Shown here: positions 61,601-64,000 of the stretch, piece after piece
Layout: each line of letters opens with the position of its first letter
How positions within the stretch are numbered: the first letter of the stretch is position 1
NCBI RefSeq assembly: GCF_028641065.1
Contig: NC_073415.1
Coordinates: 11,470,001 to 11,534,000, forward strand
Source: Leucoraja erinacea
Lineage: Eukaryota
Length of the DNA stretch: 64,000 bases
Reading direction: 5' to 3'
Notes under the pieces: model-generated
Seen by the model: the letters and a program-made list of their open reading frames with translations, nothing else
The model's database searches: none
Told to the model about the DNA's origin: nothing
Program-made: the position numbers and the translations under genes

Positions 61601-62091
61601 CCAGTGACAGGTGGATCTTTCTGTCCTAGGTCTCCTCCAAAACTCAGGGTCCAAACGTGGGATAAATCAGCCGACTGAGGTGGATATCGGTGAGAAACAA
61701 AGGGGGTAGGACACGTGGTGTTGGGTCGTCATCTGTGCAAGAATGATGAGGGCAGTGATGGACTGAAGAGTATCTACCTGCCCCAGTAGACTCACGATGG
61801 GCTTCAAGTCAAGTTGAGTCAAGTCTGGTGAGCTACAGGCCCAATGCAAACCTTGCTTCCTGCAGCATCACAGGGACACAGACTAAGACAAATTATACAC
61901 AAGTTATACATAAATCACACAAGTTCCAAGAGACAGTGAATAAATAAAGAAAGTTTGTTGACTGCAATACTTACCGCGTTTGGTCTGCAGTCATCATCTA
62001 CAGAACTTGGTAGTTCCTCAACCAGTTGCTCCTCATCAGACACAACACTGCCCAGTGTATTGACATCTTCGTCGCTTTCCTTGTGGCTCAT
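55642..62091 (-). CDS. PCP2: PCP2 copy 2 in the duplicated block (exons 62091-61975 tentative, 58395-58263, 56586-56443, 55658-55642)
   Basis: Same exons, lengths and splice sites as copy 1; GoLoco exons encode the same peptide. Confidence 0.8.
56443..56586 (-). CDS. PCP2: PCP2 copy 2 GoLoco-2 exon
   Basis: As 24689-24832. Confidence 0.88.
57437..58078 (+). mobile_element. Solo LTR (642 bp), present only in copy 2
   Basis: TGA...TCA termini, GCTC target-site duplication, empty site at ~25641-25644; TATTTAA at ~57875 and AGTAAA at ~57984. Confidence 0.85.
58263..58395 (-). CDS. PCP2: PCP2 copy 2 GoLoco-1 exon
   Basis: As 25818-25950, with a synonymous AAT->AAC change. Confidence 0.88.
58669..58963 (+). 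mobile_element. 5'-truncated CR1-like LINE, present only in copy 2
   Basis: Ends in a (TTTCTATG)n tail; TTTAA TSD; empty site at ~26767-26771. Confidence 0.88.
61207..61347 (+). mobile_element. 141-bp retroposed element (LINE-type 3' tail), present only in copy 2
   Basis: AACT TSD, stem-loop, TGACAAATAAA and (TATTC)n tail; empty site at ~29016-29019. Confidence 0.8.
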
Positions 62092-64000
62092 AGCTGGGAA
62101 ACAACTGTCCACCGGTCACTGTCAGTGGTTTCTCAGGAACGTCCGGAGTTTGCGTTGGAAATCCTCACCGATTCTCCGCTCAGTAGATCTCCATCATGGT
62201 GTTTCAAGGAACCCAATGACCCGACTGTCTCACCCACGAGAGTGTACAGCCCACTCCACCCGAGCCGTTGGATCAGAAACACATGTAGATGTGGGCAGAT
62301 CCCCCAACCTGCATTCTCAGCTCAACCCACAGGTCACTGTGCAAGGTCCCAAACCTTACAGTCCCTTCAGTTCAGCCCGTAGCTTATATCCACACATCGA
62401 GCCCGAGGAATCCTTGGTAAACACCCAATGAGATTAACCAGACAAGGGGCTTAACTCTGACGTACATTTGATAAGCGCCTGATTAACTCTTTCAGATACG
62501 TCATGGAAACATAGAAAATAGGTGGAGTAGGCCATTCGGCCCTTCGAGCCTGCACCACCATTCAATATGATCATGGCTGATCATCCAACTCAGTATCCTG
62601 TACCTGCCTTCTCTCCATACCCCCTGATACCTTTATATCCATACTCCCTGATACCCCCTGGACACGGAATACTGAACACAATTTTAGCTTGCATATTCTA
62701 GAAGGAATATAGAGGCCACAAGGAGGAAAGGAAAATAGATTGTAGACAAAAGTGCTGGAGAAACACAGTGGGTGCAGCAGCATCTATGGAGCGAAGGAAA
62801 TAGGTAACGTTTCAGGCCGAAACCCTTCTTCTGACTGAAGATTGACATGCATGGTGCCAGAATTGAGCCCTTATTACAATCAAGACAACACAAACTCTCT
62901 GGCTGATGTTATTTCATTAGAACTGTCCATCGGAGGCATGTGATTCAGACCAAGTGGTCCAAGCAATGGAAAATATCATCAGAAACAGCTTGTGGCAGTC
63001 TGAACGTCCCAAAACGTCACCTCTTCCTTCGATCCATAGATGCTGCCACACCCGCTGAGTTCCTCCAGCATTTTTGTCTACCTGTAGCTTTTAGGCAAGT
63101 TCACTTTGAGATCTAACATTACTGCGGTGGATCAGTTTCCATCCAGGGTACACAGGTGTCTTTACGGATGAGCTGCATGTGGCCTCACTCATATAATCCT
63201 CCAGCTTCTCTTCACAGTTCAGGGGTCAGAGAGGCTGTACTGTTACGGCATTAAGCCCGGTCTCACCCACGTGTTCTGACATACAGTTGGTGAGATCATA
63301 GGTATAAGAACATTATTTTTAGAAGAATAATTGGGTCAGTGGTTCCCGACGTTGTACTTAGCACAAATTGCAGAATCCTCCCTGTATTTCGATTCCCCTC
63401 CCTGCTTTCAAAACTCAGAAGTATCTCTAAACCATGGCATGTTCTGCCTCTATTAGTCATAGTAGCCCCGGGCAGTGGAGACTATATGGATATTGTCAGT
63501 CAGGAATCTGGCAATGAAGAAGGGTCCTGACCTGAAAAAGCACCCAATGCCAAGAGTCTCCAGCACTTTGTGTTCTGCTCAAGAGTTCAGCATCTGCAGT
63601 TCCTTGTGTCTCAGTATGACAATGAACATGCCAGGGATAGGTAGTTAGATGCTCGCTTGTTGGAGATGGTCACTGCCTGGCACGTTTGTGACGTGAATCA
63701 GTCCAAGCCTGAATGTTGCCTGGGTCTTGCTGCACACAGGCATATAGTGGTTTATTTGCTGAGGAATGGTGAATCACATCATAAGCCAACATCACTACTT
63801 CTGACCCTATGGAGAAAGGAAGTTTGTTGATGAAACAGCTGAAGATGGTTATGTCTAGACTATCCTGAGGCAGGGCAGCAGTGTGCTGGGACCCAGACCA
63901 ACCTCCATCAGTCACAGTCATCATCCACAGTACAAAGTCTGACTCCAGTCATTCAAATGCTCTTCCCCTCTGCCCCAGTCTACCAAGACTGCTTGCTGCC

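Larger units (their letters stand above)
54271..64000 (+). repeat. Duplicated block, copy 2 (runs off the right edge)
   Basis: Begins immediately after the 100-N gap with accgaagatagaaacaaaatac, matching 22499. Confidence 0.97.

Overview
Vertebrate genomic DNA from a cartilaginous fish. The repeat content (HE1-type tRNA/V-SINEs, CR1/HER1-like LINE tails) points to an elasmobranch, probably a skate or ray; this is an inference. All genes found are on the minus strand, and their exons were reconstructed by hand from GT-AG sites and phase. (1) XAB2/SYF1: coding exons 1-15 (21462->1299), running off the left edge, with a CpG-island promoter. (2) PCP2/L7 (GPSM4), a two-GoLoco gene whose GoLoco exons are absent from the ORF track (about 29750->23880). 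(3) A five-exon PRSS55/PRSS54-like trypsin-fold gene (39559->32914). It has a signal peptide and a GPI-like tail, but the catalytic Ser is replaced (GDSGGP->GGYGAP) and exon 2 shows a one-base frame discrepancy. (4) The 3' half of STXBP2/Munc18-2 (exons ~10-19, 53669->45198). After a 100-N gap, 54271-64000 is a slightly diverged second copy of 22499-31679. It includes a second PCP2 and differs by four presence/absence TE insertions with clean TSDs, so it is either an unmerged haplotype or a real duplication. A very abundant short repeat carries a minimal hammerhead-ribozyme core (CUGAAGA-A-stemII-GAAAC-GUC), as known for Penelope-like elements.
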